Shown here piece by piece: positions 61,565 through 64,000 of a DNA stretch of 64,000 bases. Both the position numbers and the translations under genes were made by a program. Numbering within the stretch: the stretch's first letter is position 1; each line of letters begins with the position of its first letter. Under the pieces are notes generated by a model. That model was not told where the DNA came from. It worked only from the letters and a program-made list of their open reading frames with translations, and searched no databases. Source of the stretch: Adineta vaga. Lineage: Eukaryota > Animalia > Rotifera. The stretch lies in contig CP075494.1 of NCBI GenBank assembly GCA_021613535.1, positions 3,224,001-3,288,000 of the forward strand. Direction: 5' to 3'.

Positions 61565-63880
61565 ATGAATTTAAAAATATTGTATGAATGGCTTTATAAA
61601 AAAGCGTATAATTATAATCTTTTCATATTGGAAGAAAATGATTATGAAGACAATGATGATAACATACAAGATGCAGCCATTATCCTTGAACAACAAAAAT
61701 ACAAAACTTGGCTGTATGTTGTGCTTCTCACAGGTAAATAACAAACAGAACATTTTCTCTTTCATATGTATATTAGTTTTGTTAAGCAAATGAGAATGAG
61801 CAGAAAAAGTTTAGTTGTAAGAATGTAAGACAAGAAAAAAAGAATGAACGTCAACTAAAAACATAAGTTTAATACAGTTAACAAACTTCAAATTGTCAGA
61901 AATAAAATATCATATGAGATCTTTATTGTAGACTTAGAAATAAATTCAATTATGTGTTGAGAAATTTGAAAATAATATTCTCTATTTATTTTAGTATGTC
62001 TTTATGTATTGTTCTATGGAACTTTAATCAAAACAGAATCCAAAACAGTTGTTATTTCGAACATAACACCTGATATTTTTGATCAACTGTATGCTGAACA
62101 TGGCCAAGCCCTTACATGTCCATGTTCAACAATCACAATACCATATATAAATTTTGTATCAAACAATGTTACAATGCATCCTGTTTGTTCAAGTGTGTTC
62201 GTCACTAAAGAATGGATTGAAGGATTATATGTTGCAAATGCAAGTTATTATGAATCATGGGATTTTCGAAAAACAGCCTATTCACAGGTTAGTCTTCACG
62301 AAGTATCTACTCCAGGTCAGTTTCATCTAACGAGAAAATGTAAATATTGTCAGAGATGTTCATGACAACGCTAACTTTTTACAAGATAGCCTCGCGGTGC
62401 GGCACAGCTGCAGTTTATTTTTAAGGACCACTGCACAAGAGTGCTGAGATAATAATCAAATATTTTGAGTTGATCGTTTTCTTTGTCTTGTCAATGTATA
62501 GAACTGATGATAAAGGAACGATGAATTTGAAAATAGTAAAAAATTTTCGTATCTGGCTTATGAACAGCTGCTTGATGGAAAAATTGTATTTAGAATCTGA
62601 GTATCTCGATCAGAAAACACATGGCCAGGCCAAATAGTAAGTTTTTTACGTAAAATAGTGTGCTTTAGAATATTAGCAATATCGCACACGAAGTTGAAAA
62701 CTTAATTAAGCAGCCTTCTATGGTGCTCGGCCATGCTTCTCGTGCAACGACTGTTAAATACCTATTGCGGCACCGGCAGCTTCATTTTTTAATAGACTTT
62801 TCGCGATTGCAAGCTAATACTCTATGAATCTAACCGATTGGATGGATGTGGGTGTGGGTGAATTCGTAATATAGCACCCGCATCTACATTTACACCTTAT
62901 TATCAGATAGTTTATCTGAACTTCGGTATTTTTTTTATTTAGTTTGGACTTCTGTCCAGATTTTGTTCGCTTTCTCATGATATGATTTCTCGAATTCAAA
63001 CTGATATTGATACTACTGAATTTCTTACCATTAATCTGCTTCCTAAAATACCAATCCAATTGGAAATAGATAATACTATTGAGTCTCAAAAGAATAATGG
63101 ATTAAGTCGTATGACACTATTCTTCAACTATTGGAAAACAACGATTGCAAGAAGTAATACCTTTTCAGCACTTGCTTTAAATACATTGATGGCAATAGCT
63201 TATACCGACTATGTACCTACTGTATTTGGGTTTCCAGGAACATATATACGTCCGTCATATTTCGTAGTAGTACCATGTGGTATAAGTTCAGTAGATGGTA
63301 ATGCAGTAAATCCAACTTATCTCATTACACCCCCTCGAGATTTAAAAGAGAGCGCAATGCAATGGGTCGCACAACTACCATCCAATGCTATAATTGTGAA
63401 AGGCTTCTTTGCAACATGTACTGTTCTTAATGCACTCCTTGCAAGCACATTGGATTGCTTATACGATCTCGAATGCATTCAATTGTTATTCAACTATTTT
63501 CCAAATCTCAATCAAGTTCGTACAGTTTTGCGCTATGCTTTATACGTATTTATTCTTTCATTTAGAGCAACTTCAATTGGAATAATTCCATTTTATCATC
63601 CGAGCATGGTAATGACTCTGTGGGTGATTATTTACAATCTTTTTTTGTTACAAACTGGTCAACAAATATGAACTATTCTGCATATTTTCATCAATGTTCA
63701 CCATCAATGTGTACATACACAACAATAGAAAGAACAGCTTTAGCCTATGCTATCACACTTTTTATTAGTCTTTATGGTGGTCTTATCATTATACTTCGTT
63801 TAGTTGCATCTTATTTAATTACTATATGGTTCAAACGTAAACGTTATTCGAATAATGCAAATGAAAGTTCGAGTAAATAA
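61565..63880 (+). CDS. Bdelloid-type two-TM protein with a Cys-rich ectodomain; multi-exon, may continue beyond the window
   Basis: Exon 1 ...KTWLYVVLLT|, LTCPCS, HPVCSSVFV..EWI, LLASTLDCLYDLEC, YFHQCSPSMCTY and TM LFISLYGGLIIILRL. Confidence 0.7.
62843..62898. repeat. Telomere-like mini-hairpin copy (intronic)
   Basis: TGGATGTGGGTGTGGGTG ... CACCCGCATCTACATTTACACCTT. Confidence 0.6.
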
Positions 63881-64000
63881 AAAAAAGAAAAAAGAAAGAA
63901 ACAAAACTAGCTCATGTAGGAAATCATTTCGATTTCACGCATCTTCAGAAGATTTTCCCACCGATTATGAAAAACTATATTGTCTCACCTTCAAGTCTTT

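Noticed and set aside
1-64000. rRNA or tRNA genes
   Set aside because: No cloverleaf or rRNA-like conserved segments were noticed. tRNAscan-SE or Infernal would be needed to exclude them formally.

Overview
AT-rich eukaryotic genomic DNA with short (about 50-110 bp) spliceosomal introns. The gene content points to a bdelloid rotifer (inferred): ART-TPR proteins, DED-TM proteins, NHL, F-box and rhodopsin-GPCR families, and bacterial-type trehalase and S1 protease. From left to right: (1) 0-7 kb holds a frameshifted WSC gene, orphan channel-like 3' exons duplicated on both sides of a bacterial-type GH37 trehalase whose catalytic Glu is replaced by Asn, DHRS12, and an intronless actinobacterial-like serine protease. 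(2) 8-18.7 kb is a transposon nest: a pogo/Tigger relic next to a Ginger2/KRBA2-type element that carries a CCCAGG-ended non-autonomous element in its TIR and a complete hAT element (13-bp TIR, 8-bp TSD) in its integrase. (3) 19-32 kb is an immune-like cluster: a probable DED-TM-TPR receptor with a combinatorially shuffled 126-bp repeat array, two receiver-like/ART/TPR genes and a PARP/NEURL4-like ART. A third ART-TPR gene lies at 52-55 kb. (4) The rest holds TPR and coiled-coil genes, a GST, an F-box pseudogene, GPCRs, MITEs and palindromes, an NHL fragment, a divergent tubulin without the GTP-binding loop, and a bdelloid two-TM Cys-rich gene. About 9 tiny hairpins or solo arms built from telomere-like TGAGGG/TGTGGG hexamers are scattered throughout, several at the edges of truncated gene fragments. 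Many genes carry frameshifts or premature stops. No rRNA, tRNA or CRISPR array was seen. All calls were made by eye without database searches.
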